The notes: generated from the sequence alone by a model not told the origin. A stretch of DNA of 64,000 bases from Bacillota bacterium (GCA_018333655.1 JAGXTJ010000034.1:12716-76715), one strand, 5' to 3'. Counted from the first letter of the stretch, positions 19,086-29,412 are shown. Numbers and translations are program-made.

Positions 19086-20333
19086 ATGAGCGCCATATTG
19101 GTCAAGGGTGGTAATAAACTTAAAGGCGAAGTGTCGGTCAATGGGTCTAAGTATGTGGCTCTCGCAGCTATACCAGCAGCGCTTTTAGCGAACAGCCAGG
19201 TTGTTCTGGAGAATATTCCGGACCTAAGTGACGTGCGCGTTTTCTGTGAGATTCTAGAGGGGATGGGGGCAAGGGCCTCCTTTGGGGGCGGAGTTGTCAC
19301 TATCGACCCTCGGGGACTACGCCACGCGGTTCCTAACCCGGCCTTAGTGAGGCAGTTGCGTGCTTCTTACTACCTGCTAGGTGCCCTGCTCGGCCGCTTT
19401 GGTGAGGCGGAAGTGGCCTTGCCTGGCGGTGATGATATCGGTCCCCGACCCATCGACCAGCATGTCAAGGGTCTGTGTGCACTAGGCGCCGAGACAAAGA
19501 TCCTGCACGGACATATTAAGGCGACATCGGTGGGGCTTAAAGGTGCCTCCGTCTATCTTGATGTGGCTAGCGTGGGGGCGACGATAAATATCATGCTCAG
19601 CGCGGTTCTTGCCGAAGGACAAACCATCATCGTCAACGCCTACCCGGCTCCGTGGATTATTGATCTCGCCAACATGCTTAATGCGATGGGGGCGAGAGTC
19701 TATGGGGCAGGCACAGAAACAATTCGCATTCAGGGTGTGAAAGCGCTCCATGGCTGCCAGCATGCCATTATTCCTGATCAGAGCGAGGCGGCCACCTTGA
19801 TGATTGCCGCTACCCTCACGGGGGGAGATGTAACGCTCCAAAATGTCATCCCCCTCCACTTGGGGTCAGTTACTGCTAAGCTACGCGAGACTGGGGCGGT
19901 AGTCTTACCTACGGAAGACAGTATTCGTGTCATCGGCCCACAGCGCCCTTCGGCCGTGAATGTCAAGACGCTGCCGTACCCAGGTTTCTTTACGGATTTT
20001 CAGGCACCCATGAGTACTCTTCTAACAGTGGCAGAAGGAACGAGCCTAGTCACAGAGACCATTTGGGAAGACCGCTTCAGGCATCTGGAAGAGTTGATCA
20101 ACATGGGGGCTAAAGTTCGTTTTGAAGGGCGTAGCGCTTACATAGAGGGCGTGCCGAAACTTACAGGCGCTCTCGTGCGTGGAACCGACTTACGGGCGGC
20201 GGCCTCGCTGGTCATGGCGGGCATGGTGGCCGAGGGGGAGACGCTGGTAGAAGGCATTATGCACATGGACAGAGGTTATGAAAAACTAGACCAAAAGCTG
20301 CGCGCGCTTGGGGCCGACATCACCCGGCAATAA
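19086..20333 (+). CDS. murA: UDP-N-acetylglucosamine 1-carboxyvinyltransferase, divergent Cys->Asp type
   Basis: LRASYY, LPGGDDIGPRPIDQH, SVGATINIM, PYPGFFTDFQ, TDLRAA, DRGYE. Confidence 0.9.
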   Translation: MSAILVKGGNKLKGEVSVNGSKYVALAAIPAALLANSQVVLENIPDLSDVRVFCEILEGMGARASFGGGVVTIDPRGLRHAVPNPALVRQLRASYYLLGALLGRFGEAEVALPGGDDIGPRPIDQHVKGLCALGAETKILHGHIKATSVGLKGASVYLDVASVGATINIMLSAVLAEGQTIIVNAYPAPWIIDLANMLNAMGARVYGAGTETIRIQGVKALHGCQHAIIPDQSEAATLMIAATLTGGDVTLQNVIPLHLGSVTAKLRETGAVVLPTEDSIRVIGPQRPSAVNVKTLPYPGFFTDFQAPMSTLLTVAEGTSLVTETIWEDRFRHLEELINMGAKVRFEGRSAYIEGVPKLTGALVRGTDLRAAASLVMAGMVAEGETLVEGIMHMDRGYEKLDQKLRALGADITRQ

Positions 20334-20416
20334 GGGCGTAATAAAAAAACTATTTGTCGTGAAAGGTATTTGTTGGTCGTGTAGCGAAGATATGTCTAGG
20401 TATTTGTTGGACATGG

Positions 20417-22237
20417 ATGGTGGTTACTATGAGTTCATCAAGATGGCGGACCTACCGGAGTCTCTTAGTCATGGTGTCGCTCTGCATTGCGGTGATTGTA
20501 ACTTATCTATGGCCTTTACCAGCACTTAACGCTTTGCTAGTTCTTGTGCTTGGCACGGTGGTTGGAGCTATTTACTACGGCTGGGTAGGCACGGGCATCG
20601 TCATGGCGGTGTATGCCGTGCCTGTAGCAGTTATGCACCTGCTAAATCGCGCGTCCATGGCGGAGTGGGCGTTGCTTTTGGCGACGATTTTTTTAGCCGT
20701 TCTCATAAGTTACCTTGCCATGCTCATCTCGGGACAAATTGTGCAGGAGCTTCGCCACAGGCGCCTAAAAACTCGCCAATTGCAGCGGGAGTTACGGCGC
20801 GTCAGATGTGTTTTGCATGCCACCGAGGAGATTATGAGGCGGTCTGACGTCCCAGATATTTTCGACACTGCCGTCAAGCGTGCGTGTAATATTTTGGGTG
20901 GCCATGGAGCGGGTGTCTGGCTATGGGAGGGCGAAAACTATACGCCGGTCTGCTTGGTAGAGTGGCCGAATGAAGTGCTGCCAAGTAGTTTTGTCGAGCG
21001 CAGAACAGAGCCAGCCAAGTATGAGGCTAGGCATTTTTATGAAGGCGGGCACAATGTGCTGCAGGCCACATTCCCCCATGGTGAGCATGCTGGCATTATC
21101 GCAGTTGTGGTCAAGGGTCCCCGACGTAAGTATAAAACAGCCCTGCAATCGCTCACTTCTTTAGCGCGTCTCCTAGGCGTCGCCTTGGCTAATGGCCGAA
21201 CTCTAGAGTCGCTGCGTGTATCAGCAGACTATCTCTCCCTGCTCAACGAACTAGGGCGGCGATTTGCGTCGAACTTGAGCTTAGAGGACTTGTTCAGTAC
21301 CATGTACCGCGAAGTGCGCAAAGTTATGGACGCGGAGGCCTTTTTTGTGGCCCTGTACAGTGCTCCGCAGCAAGAAATCGACTTGCGCTACATCTTTGAC
21401 CAAGGAACTAGAATTGCTCCGATGAAGTACTTATTGAACGACGGGCCTACATCGCGCGCCATCAAGTCACGAAAACCGGTGCTCTATCATGCTGATGCAC
21501 GTCTCATTCCTGGCGTGACGGTTATCGGTCTAGACACGCGCGTAGTGCAATCTGTGCTAGTGGTTCCTATATTTCTTGAGGACAAGGTCGTGGGTGCGCT
21601 TTCCGCACAGAGTTACAATGCCCACGCTTATTCCGAGGAGCATGTGCGCGTCTTATCCATTATTGCCAGCCAAGCCGCTATAGCTATAGACAATGCTAAA
21701 CTCTATGAGCAGACTCTAAACATAGCGATGAGTGATGGCATGACTGGGCTAGCCAATGCGCGCTCACTGCATCAATTTCTCGAGGACTTACTGCAAAACG
21801 CGCACACTAACGGCCGTGAGGTCTCGCTTCTCATGCTCGACTCCGACTGTCTAAAGTTAATAAACGATAAGTTTGGGCACCTAGCGGGTGATGACCACAT
21901 CATCAACCTGGCTGAGGTGCTGAGGGCCAATGTTAGAATTGGCGATTTGGTTGCGCGCTACGGCGGAGACGAGTTTGTCGTGGTTCTGCCTAATACCGCG
22001 ACTGAAGAAGCCTGCCTAATTGGCGATCGCATTCTCTCCGCTGTGCGCCAGACGCGGCATCAGGCAGGCAATATAAGCATGGCTGTCACCACGAGTGCCG
22101 GGGTAGCGACCTACCCCCACGACGCCACCACTGTCGACGAGTTGATTCGAGCTGCGGATGTAGCCATGTACCGCGCCAAAGAGGCTGGCAAAGACAGGGT
22201 AGTCTACGTGGGGGACCAGGTAGCTAGGACCGCCTAG
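20417..22237 (+). CDS. Membrane-bound GAF-domain diguanylate cyclase
   Basis: N-terminal TMs, GAF, DGMTGLAN, RIGD I-site, RYGGDEF. Confidence 0.93.
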   Translation: MVVTMSSSRWRTYRSLLVMVSLCIAVIVTYLWPLPALNALLVLVLGTVVGAIYYGWVGTGIVMAVYAVPVAVMHLLNRASMAEWALLLATIFLAVLISYLAMLISGQIVQELRHRRLKTRQLQRELRRVRCVLHATEEIMRRSDVPDIFDTAVKRACNILGGHGAGVWLWEGENYTPVCLVEWPNEVLPSSFVERRTEPAKYEARHFYEGGHNVLQATFPHGEHAGIIAVVVKGPRRKYKTALQSLTSLARLLGVALANGRTLESLRVSADYLSLLNELGRRFASNLSLEDLFSTMYREVRKVMDAEAFFVALYSAPQQEIDLRYIFDQGTRIAPMKYLLNDGPTSRAIKSRKPVLYHADARLIPGVTVIGLDTRVVQSVLVVPIFLEDKVVGALSAQSYNAHAYSEEHVRVLSIIASQAAIAIDNAKLYEQTLNIAMSDGMTGLANARSLHQFLEDLLQNAHTNGREVSLLMLDSDCLKLINDKFGHLAGDDHIINLAEVLRANVRIGDLVARYGGDEFVVVLPNTATEEACLIGDRILSAVRQTRHQAGNISMAVTTSAGVATYPHDATTVDELIRAADVAMYRAKEAGKDRVVYVGDQVARTA

Positions 22238-22691
22238 CCTTGCCGGAGATGTTGACGATGTCGATGGCGATAACGGTAGTTTTAGCCATCCCTGCGGCGG
22301 TAACGGGCGAAAACGGCACTTGTGCGTGTTTCTCAGTCAGCGCCGTTAAGGCCATCAATTTTTCCTCGGCATCACTTACAAAGCGTGCCACACCCTCTAC
22401 GATAGCACTGCGATAGTAGGTTCCATACTCGCATGCGCTGCCGCCACTTTTTATACCGTCTAGAAATGATACGGCAAAAGTGCACTGTGGGTTCTGGCGG
22501 AGGATTGTAATCTTGCGCCCCTCTGGTGCGCAGTGAAAGTAAATGCTTTGTTTATGCCAGACGAAATGAAGCGGAATGGCGTAGGGTATGTTATTCTCAG
22601 CAAGGGCTAAGTACCCAACAGTGGCCTCGCGCAAGTAACTCTGTGCTTCTTCATGGTCCACAGCGCGGTCAAGACGTCGCATATCCATCAT
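22224..22691 (-). CDS. Pyridoxamine 5'-phosphate oxidase-like flavin-binding protein (NimA-like)
   Basis: MRRLDR, PYAIPLHF, IYFHCAPEGRK, YRSAIVEG, ISGK. Confidence 0.85.
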   Translation of the reverse strand: MMDMRRLDRAVDHEEAQSYLREATVGYLALAENNIPYAIPLHFVWHKQSIYFHCAPEGRKITILRQNPQCTFAVSFLDGIKSGGSACEYGTYYRSAIVEGVARFVSDAEEKLMALTALTEKHAQVPFSPVTAAGMAKTTVIAIDIVNISGKARRS

Positions 22692-22780
22692 TTGTTTCCT
22701 CCTCATGGCGGTCTGTTGTTCGCCATATGCTAGCAATATGATATCTCTAAAACGGCGCTCTGGAAAGGAGGGGGATTTCG

Positions 22781-22993
22781 GTGGAGATCGTGATATGCCA
22801 ACTGACTCTCGAAGCCCTAGATAACAATCTTAAAGAGTACCTCACCCAAAACTGCGCGGACGACACTGTGCTAGTAGCTAAATGTATCGGATGTTGTGGG
22901 GAATGTGCCTCAACATATGTCGTTCTAGTTGATGGCGACCCTGTCGTGGCCAGTAGTCGCGAGAAATTGCTAGAGCGTTTGCACTCGCTTTAA
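22781..22993 (+). CDS. DUF1450 (YuzB-like) small Cys-rich protein
   Basis: CIGCCGEC..VLVDGDPVVA; strong AAGGAGG RBS. Confidence 0.75.
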   Translation: MEIVICQLTLEALDNNLKEYLTQNCADDTVLVAKCIGCCGECASTYVVLVDGDPVVASSREKLLERLHSL

Positions 22994-23016
22994 AGACAAC
23001 GAGAGGGAAGCTAGAG

Positions 23017-23919
23017 GTGAAGGGCGCCATGTGGCAAGGCATAGAGAGATGGTTGTCTTTTGACCCGGGCCGACGCGGCTTTGCGGGTAATTTGCGACCA
23101 GGTGACTTAGAACGTGGGACGAGGCGGCTGCAAAGTGCTAATAGCATTGCTGTCGCTACAGGGTTTTTCATCCCAGCGGCGCAGGCAGTAGAGAACGATG
23201 GCCCCTTGGGGGCTGTTTTTCTGGCTCGGGCACTGCTCGCTTTAGGTAAAGAGGTAGTTTTACTAGTTCCGGATACGGCAGAAGCGGCGTGCCAAGTGTT
23301 GTGCCAAGCGCTCGGCCTCAATTGCCGAGCGGTGCTCCTGTCGCCAGGACTCGTGAGCGAGCAGTTTATAGAGCAACTAGGTTGCGACACACTGGTCGTC
23401 ATCGAATACCCTGGTCAAGGGGGGGACAAAACCTGTCGCAATATGCGAGGCGCGGACATAACCCCGTACGTTCCGCTGCTTGATACGGCCTTCAACTACG
23501 CTAAACAGTGCGGTATCTTTACCATAGCGGTGGGGGATGGCGGCAATGAACTAGGTTGTGGCGGTAGAGGCAGTGTGGCGGTAGCACCCTGTGGCACCCC
23601 CATTGCGGCAGTGACTGAAGCAGAGGTGGTGCTCGCTGCTGGGCTAAGCAATTGGGGCGTTTATGCCCTCTTGGCAGCTTTGTCACTTCTAGAGAATAAG
23701 AATATGGTACCAACTCCGAGTGAGGAGCGTAGTCTCTTAGAGAAATTATGCCAGGTAGGAGTGGTAGACGGCTACCATTGCTTATGCCAAGCGACGGTAG
23801 ACGGGCAAGCAGCCGAGGTGTTAGCCGATGTACTACAAGATCTGCATAGAGCGGTGACAGATAGTCTTGACACACAGCGTAGCGTGGCTGTATCGTCAGT
23901 TTGGGTGGCAAACAGTTAA
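23017..23919 (+). CDS. D-glutamate cyclase-like protein (DUF4392)
   Basis: TGFF, ENDGPLGA, NMRG, AVGDGGNELG, SNWG. Confidence 0.8.
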   Translation: MKGAMWQGIERWLSFDPGRRGFAGNLRPGDLERGTRRLQSANSIAVATGFFIPAAQAVENDGPLGAVFLARALLALGKEVVLLVPDTAEAACQVLCQALGLNCRAVLLSPGLVSEQFIEQLGCDTLVVIEYPGQGGDKTCRNMRGADITPYVPLLDTAFNYAKQCGIFTIAVGDGGNELGCGGRGSVAVAPCGTPIAAVTEAEVVLAAGLSNWGVYALLAALSLLENKNMVPTPSEERSLLEKLCQVGVVDGYHCLCQATVDGQAAEVLADVLQDLHRAVTDSLDTQRSVAVSSVWVANS

Positions 23920-23936
23920 TGAGCAGGAGGAGAAAG

Positions 23937-24764
23937 ATGAATACCAAAGAAATCATGGCTTTAGCACTAGAGCTTGCCGGTCTTACAGAGGTACCCTCAG
24001 ACTCGGCCATTCTCGTGGCAGGTGAAAACATTAAGCGCGTACTGGTGGGCGTCGACATGGGCACAGCCGAAATTATGCTGGCCAAAGAGCTTAAAGTTGA
24101 TTTGGTCATCGGGCATCACCCCGTTGGCGGAACGGCTCGCACCGAATTTCCTGAGGTCATGAAACGCCAAGTAGACAAAATGGTGAGTGCTGGCATCCCA
24201 ATTAATAAAGCGCAAAAGGTCTTAGCCAAAAAGATGGGCGAAGTTGAGCGCGCTGGGCATGCCGCGAATTATGATCAGGCTTGGTCGGCGGCGAGGCTCC
24301 TCAACATGCCCCTTATTAGTCTTCATTCGCCAACCGATATACTGGCGGAACGGGCCGTCGAAAAGAAAATTGCCGACAAACTAGGTGACAATCCGCGTGC
24401 CACCTTGCAAGATGTCTTAGATGCCCTAGGGGAGATGCCGGAGTACCAAAAAACCCTGGCTAAACCAGTAATCAGGGTGGGTTCGCCCAAGGACTTTGTC
24501 GGCAAGCCACTCGTCATCATGGCAGGAGGCACTAATGGCGGGGTTGACGTCATTAAAGCATATTTTGAAGCCGGTATTGGCACCACTATCTCTATGCACA
24601 TGCCCGAGGACGTTATCAAGGCGGTTAAAGAGCAAAACATTGGCAACTGCATTGTGGCAGGGCACATGGCGAGCGACTCGGTGGGCATCAATATCTTTCT
24701 CGCAGCACTCGCGGAGAGAGGCATTGAGGTCTTACGCATGAGTGGAGTTATAGATCCCAAGTAA
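23937..24764 (+). CDS. Nif3-like dinuclear metal-centre protein
   Basis: DS, GVD, IGHHP, HSPTD, GHMASDSVG. Confidence 0.75.
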   Translation: MNTKEIMALALELAGLTEVPSDSAILVAGENIKRVLVGVDMGTAEIMLAKELKVDLVIGHHPVGGTARTEFPEVMKRQVDKMVSAGIPINKAQKVLAKKMGEVERAGHAANYDQAWSAARLLNMPLISLHSPTDILAERAVEKKIADKLGDNPRATLQDVLDALGEMPEYQKTLAKPVIRVGSPKDFVGKPLVIMAGGTNGGVDVIKAYFEAGIGTTISMHMPEDVIKAVKEQNIGNCIVAGHMASDSVGINIFLAALAERGIEVLRMSGVIDPK

Positions 24765-24797
24765 ATGATAGAGAATTCTAGCCTAAGGAGGAAGTAG

Positions 24798-25976
24798 ATG
24801 CAAATTGCCGATCGCATTACGAGCATGCCCAAGTACCTGTTTGCAGAAATAGACAGGCTGAAGTGGGAGGCGCGGGCCAAGGGAGTCGACCTCATCAACT
24901 TGGGGGTGGGTGACCCAGATGTACCGACGCCGGATTTTATTGTCAATGCTATGGTTGATATTGTCAAAAATCAGCCTGCCACACATCAGTATCCGGAGTA
25001 CGATGGCGATCCAGCTTTTCGCCGCAGTGCCGCAGCCTACTTAAAAAAGCGCTTTTCACTCGATGTTCACCCTGACAAAGAGTTAGTAGCTTTGATTGGC
25101 TCCAAAGAAGGTATAGCCCATTTTGCTTTGGCGGTGGCAAACCCGGGTGACGTAGTTCTAGTGCCCGACCCTGCCTACCCAGTCTACTACATGTCGGCAG
25201 TTCTCGCGGGTGCCGAGCCATACCTTATGCCTTTGCTAGAAGAGAATGACTACCTGCCGGACTTTGCCGCCATACCCGCACACATACTGCGACGTGCCCG
25301 ACTAATGTACTTAAACTACCCCAATAATCCCACCGCCGCAGTGGCAGACCTGTCTTTTTTTGCTAAGGCGGTCGCTTTCGCCAAGGAACATAATATCGTC
25401 ATCTGCCACGATAACGCCTATGCCGAGATTACTTTTGACGGTTTTGTGGCCCCAAGCATACTGGAAGTACCGGGCGCCGAAGACTGCTGCATTGAGCTCT
25501 ACTCGCTGTCTAAGCCGCTCAACATGACAGGGTGGCGCATTGCTTTTGCCTATGGACAAGAGAAACTTATCGCGGCTCTCCGCAAGGTTAAAACGGCGAC
25601 TGACAGCGGGCCCTTCACGGCTATTCAGTTCGCGGCCATAGAGGGGTTAGCTAACCCCGACGCGACGATAGCCGGCATGCGCGATATCTATACGGCACGT
25701 CGTGACCGTGTTATCGCGCTGCTCAAGTCACTCGGGCTACCCTGTGCTTCGCCAAGGGCTTCGCTCTATGTGTGGCTACGAGTGCCAGAGCAGTTTCCTT
25801 CTTCGCAGGCCTTTTCCATGGCTCTTCTCGCTAGTCAAGGGGTAATTGTCTCTCCTGGCGTTGGTTTCGGGCAGTATGGGGAAGGTTACTTCCGCATATC
25901 GCTCACCACCCCCGATCATCGCCTCGACGAAGGACTCGAGCGCCTACGCAACTTCCTCTTAGAGAGCAAAAGTTAA
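24798..25976 (+). CDS. dapL: LL-diaminopimelate aminotransferase-like class I/II PLP aminotransferase
   Basis: YLFAEID, GSKEGIAH, NYPNNPT, HDNAY, SLSKPLNMTGWR, GEGYFRIS. Confidence 0.8.
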   Translation: MQIADRITSMPKYLFAEIDRLKWEARAKGVDLINLGVGDPDVPTPDFIVNAMVDIVKNQPATHQYPEYDGDPAFRRSAAAYLKKRFSLDVHPDKELVALIGSKEGIAHFALAVANPGDVVLVPDPAYPVYYMSAVLAGAEPYLMPLLEENDYLPDFAAIPAHILRRARLMYLNYPNNPTAAVADLSFFAKAVAFAKEHNIVICHDNAYAEITFDGFVAPSILEVPGAEDCCIELYSLSKPLNMTGWRIAFAYGQEKLIAALRKVKTATDSGPFTAIQFAAIEGLANPDATIAGMRDIYTARRDRVIALLKSLGLPCASPRASLYVWLRVPEQFPSSQAFSMALLASQGVIVSPGVGFGQYGEGYFRISLTTPDHRLDEGLERLRNFLLESKS

Positions 25977-26004
25977 TTGGCTGCGGCTCTAACCATAGGT
26001 ATTT

Positions 26005-26046
26005 ATAGGCTACCCCCACGCTACTCTAGGCGTGGGGGTAGCCTAT
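26005..26046 (+). terminator. 17-bp stem-loop that serves as the intron target
   Basis: ATAGGCTACCCCCACGC / GCGTGGGGGTAGCCTAT immediately before the intron 5' end. Confidence 0.75.
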
Positions 26047-27917
26047 GTGCGCCCGGCATGGGCGTTATCTCTAGGGTGAAAGTCCCGAACGGTGAAGGTA
26101 GCAGTAACCGTAGCTTAAGGCAAGGGTGTCCGCGGCGACGCGGAATCTGAAGGAAGCCGGCGGCAAACCTCTGGCCCGAGGAACACGAACCTCAAGTGAG
26201 GCTAGCGACAGGTGGATGAGTCTGCATAGTGAGACAAAGTCCTTGCTGCCAAAGTCTGTCGAGAGTAAATGAGGCGGGTAGATGGAGGGAAAGATAGCGC
26301 TCTTACCCGGGGAGACCTGCCAGCGTACCGACTAAGTTGGGAACTCGTACAGCAATGTGCGACTGAGCGGGCAGGAGTCAGCAGAGGCCATAGTACCCGC
26401 CTGCGGGGAAGGGCTGAACATGAAACGAGGTGAGCAAATGACAAGTTCGCGGAAAGAGCAAGGACAGCAGAAAACCCTTAACAGGGGCTCCTCACAGGAG
26501 GAAGTGGTGAATACACAGGGGACTGTGAGAGTGCAGAGCTCTTCCCCGGCACAAGTCAAGAGCTACACCTGCGGGACCGAGTATACCCTGCTGGAAGAGA
26601 TGTTGAAGCTAGATAACATGATGGCAGCCCTCAAGCGCGTAGAGCAGAACAAAGGAGCAGCCGGAGTAGATAAGGTAGACGTAAAATCCCTACGACCCTA
26701 CCTCAAAGAACACTGGCCTCGCATCAGAGGAGAGCTACTAGAGGGAACCTACAAGCCTCAGCCAGTCCGCCGAGTCGAAATCCCGAAATCCGACGGTGGC
26801 ATAAGGCTCTTAGGTATACCCACTCTAGTCGACCGTCTAATCCAACAGGGCCTCTCACAAGTTCTAACGCCAATCTTTGACCCCAGTTTCTCAAACAGTA
26901 GCTACGGCTTCAGGCCGAACCGTAGCACCCACCAGGCAGTCAAACAGGCAAAACAGTACATTGAGGACGGTTACAGGTACGTCGTTGACCTAGATCTGGA
27001 GAAATTCTTCGACCGAGTCAATCACGACATCCTAATGGCCCGAGTAGCCCGCAAGATCAAAGATAAGCGGATACTTGGACTCATCAGAGCCTACCTCAAT
27101 GCAGGAATTATGGCCAAGGGAGTATGCGTAAGAAGTGAACAGGGGGTTCCACAGGGTGGGCCACTTAGTCCAGCTCTATCGAATATAATCCTTGATGACT
27201 TGGATAAGGAGCTAGAGAGAAGGGGACACCGCTTTGTTCGTTACGCCGACGACTGTAATATTTACGTCAAGACGGAGCGAGCAGGGCAAAGAGTCATGGA
27301 GGGCGTAAAGAGATTTGTAGAGGATGAACTAAAACTCAAGGTCAACGAGCAGAAAAGTGCTGTTGACCGCCCATGGAAACGAAAGTTTCTAGGGTTCTCG
27401 TTCACAGCTGAGCGCAAAACACGTACACGTATAGCGCCCAAAGCCCGGGCAAGATTCGAGGACAAGGTGAGGGAACTCACCAATCGTTCGCGAAGCATGA
27501 GTATGGCGAAACGAATTGACCAGCTAAACGTGTACCTACGAGGATGGATGGGATACTTCTGCCTAGCTGACACGCGCAGCGTCATTGAGTCCCTAGACCA
27601 GTGGACTCGGCGACGCCTCCGTATGTGCTATTTAAAGCAGTGGAAGAAACCCAAAGCAGTCTACCATAACCTCGTCAAGCTTGGCCTAAGACCAGACTTC
27701 GCCAGAAACCTCAGTGGCTCAGGCAAAGGATACTGGCGATTAGCCAACACGCCGCAGATGAACATAGCCCTTGGTTTGGCCTTTTGGGCTAACCAAGGAC
27801 TATTGAGTTTGGTTCAGTTATATGACAAGCACCGTAGTGTTTCATGAACCGCCGTATACCGAACGGTACGTACGGTGGTGTGAGAGGACGGGGGTTAGTC
27901 ACCCCCTCCTACTCGAT
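26047..27917 (+). mobile_element. Group II intron, class IIC, apparently intact
   Basis: 5' GTGCGCCCGGCATGGG; domain V AACCGCCGTATACC-GAAC-GGTACGTACGGTGG (CGC triad); domain VI ending CTACTCGAT; inserted after a hairpin. Confidence 0.95.
26438..27847 (+). CDS. ltrA: Group II intron reverse transcriptase/maturase, no endonuclease domain
   Basis: NKGAAGVD, RLLGIPT..DRLIQ, SYGFRP, DLEKFFD, GVPQGGPLSP, RYADD, maturase X domain. Confidence 0.96.
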   Translation: MTSSRKEQGQQKTLNRGSSQEEVVNTQGTVRVQSSSPAQVKSYTCGTEYTLLEEMLKLDNMMAALKRVEQNKGAAGVDKVDVKSLRPYLKEHWPRIRGELLEGTYKPQPVRRVEIPKSDGGIRLLGIPTLVDRLIQQGLSQVLTPIFDPSFSNSSYGFRPNRSTHQAVKQAKQYIEDGYRYVVDLDLEKFFDRVNHDILMARVARKIKDKRILGLIRAYLNAGIMAKGVCVRSEQGVPQGGPLSPALSNIILDDLDKELERRGHRFVRYADDCNIYVKTERAGQRVMEGVKRFVEDELKLKVNEQKSAVDRPWKRKFLGFSFTAERKTRTRIAPKARARFEDKVRELTNRSRSMSMAKRIDQLNVYLRGWMGYFCLADTRSVIESLDQWTRRRLRMCYLKQWKKPKAVYHNLVKLGLRPDFARNLSGSGKGYWRLANTPQMNIALGLAFWANQGLLSLVQLYDKHRSVS

Positions 27918-28014
27918 TCACAGGCGAAATCTTCTTGCCACCAGCAGGAATAATTGTTCACAGGGCGAAGTAAAAGCTAGGACAAGCGAAGTATTTTGGA
28001 GGGGGGATTAAGGC

Positions 28015-29412
28015 GTGCTATCTAAACCGTTGCTAGAAGATGTCTTGCTGGCCGCACTCAGCACAGGAGGAGATTTTGCTGAAGTCTTTGTAGAAGATCG
28101 CTTCAGCACAACGCTCTCTATGGTCGGGGGCAAGGTGGACAGCGGTGTGTCAGGCCGCGACTATGGCATTGGCATTCGTATTCTCAAGGGAACAAACTAT
28201 GTCTATGCCTACACGAACGACTACGCTCGCGACAATCTCGTTAAGGTCGCGAAAGAGGCTGCGGCAGCTATACCTGGCCAGCTAGAGACAAGCGGACTCA
28301 CTTTGCGCTTTATGAAGGATGAGCCGCGGCAGATCAACCGCATCACCATCTATCCCCACGAGGTAGCCAAGGAGCGCAAGGTTGCTCTTATGACTCAGGC
28401 TTACCATGTAGCTAAAGGCTACGACCCAGTAATTTCTCAAGTTATGGTGCGTTACTTTGACGAAGACCAGAAAGTGCAAATTGCCAACTCTAGCGGTCTC
28501 TATGTTGAAGACCGCCGCGTGCGCACGCGCACGTCTATTACCGCCATTGCCTCTAAAGGGGCAGAAAAGCAGTCAGGGTTTTACGGCCCGGGTAGTCATA
28601 GGGGTTTTGAGTTCTACGATACTATTAACATCGACGATTACGCCCGCGAGGCAGCCAGAATAGCCACCACCATGATACACGCGCCTTATGCTCCTAGTGG
28701 GCGCATACCGGTTATTATCGACAACGAATTCGGCGGGGTTATTTTCCACGAGGCCTGTGGTCATAGCTTGGAAGCAACTTCGGTGGCCAAGAAGACGTCA
28801 GTGTTTGCGGACAAGTTAGGCGAAAAGATTGCCTCTGATGTCGTGAGCGCGGTGGATGACGGCACCATACCTAATGCTTGGGGCAGCCTCAATGTCGATG
28901 ACGAGGGGCATCTCTCACAGCGCAATCTACTTATTGAGAATGGTGTGCTTAAAGGGTACATGATCGACAAGTTTAACGGTCGCCGCATGAATATGCCTGC
29001 TACCGGCAATGCGCGTCGTCAGTCCTACAAGTTCGCACCTACCTCCCGCATGACGAACACCTTTATTTTACCGGGCAAAAGTACGCGCGATGAGATAATC
29101 GCGGCGACAGAATACGGCCTCTTCGCCCGCTACATGGGGGGCGGCTCGGTTAACCCAGCTACAGGCGAATTTAACTTTGCCGTCAATGAGGGCTACTTGG
29201 TCCGTAATGGCAAAATTGCCGAGCCGGTCAGGGGCGCTACTCTTATCGGCAAGGGGTCGGACGTGCTGATGTTAATCGACATGGTGGCAGACAATTTGGC
29301 CTGTGGGCAAGGTATGTGTGGCTCTATAAGCGGCTCTTTGCCTGCTGATGTTGGGCAGCCAACACTACGTGTCTCAGAAATGATTGTCGGTGGTAGAAAG
29401 GGGGACAAGTAA
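28015..29412 (+). CDS. tldD: TldD metalloprotease
   Basis: GGDFAEVFVE, FHEACGHSLE, RMTNT, GMCGSISG..VGQP. Confidence 0.93.
   Translation: MLSKPLLEDVLLAALSTGGDFAEVFVEDRFSTTLSMVGGKVDSGVSGRDYGIGIRILKGTNYVYAYTNDYARDNLVKVAKEAAAAIPGQLETSGLTLRFMKDEPRQINRITIYPHEVAKERKVALMTQAYHVAKGYDPVISQVMVRYFDEDQKVQIANSSGLYVEDRRVRTRTSITAIASKGAEKQSGFYGPGSHRGFEFYDTINIDDYAREAARIATTMIHAPYAPSGRIPVIIDNEFGGVIFHEACGHSLEATSVAKKTSVFADKLGEKIASDVVSAVDDGTIPNAWGSLNVDDEGHLSQRNLLIENGVLKGYMIDKFNGRRMNMPATGNARRQSYKFAPTSRMTNTFILPGKSTRDEIIAATEYGLFARYMGGGSVNPATGEFNFAVNEGYLVRNGKIAEPVRGATLIGKGSDVLMLIDMVADNLACGQGMCGSISGSLPADVGQPTLRVSEMIVGGRKGDK

Noticed and set aside
26438..27847. RT as a DGR, retron or defence RT
   Set aside because: It sits within clear group IIC intron ends with domains V/VI and a maturase domain; no template or variable repeats were seen.
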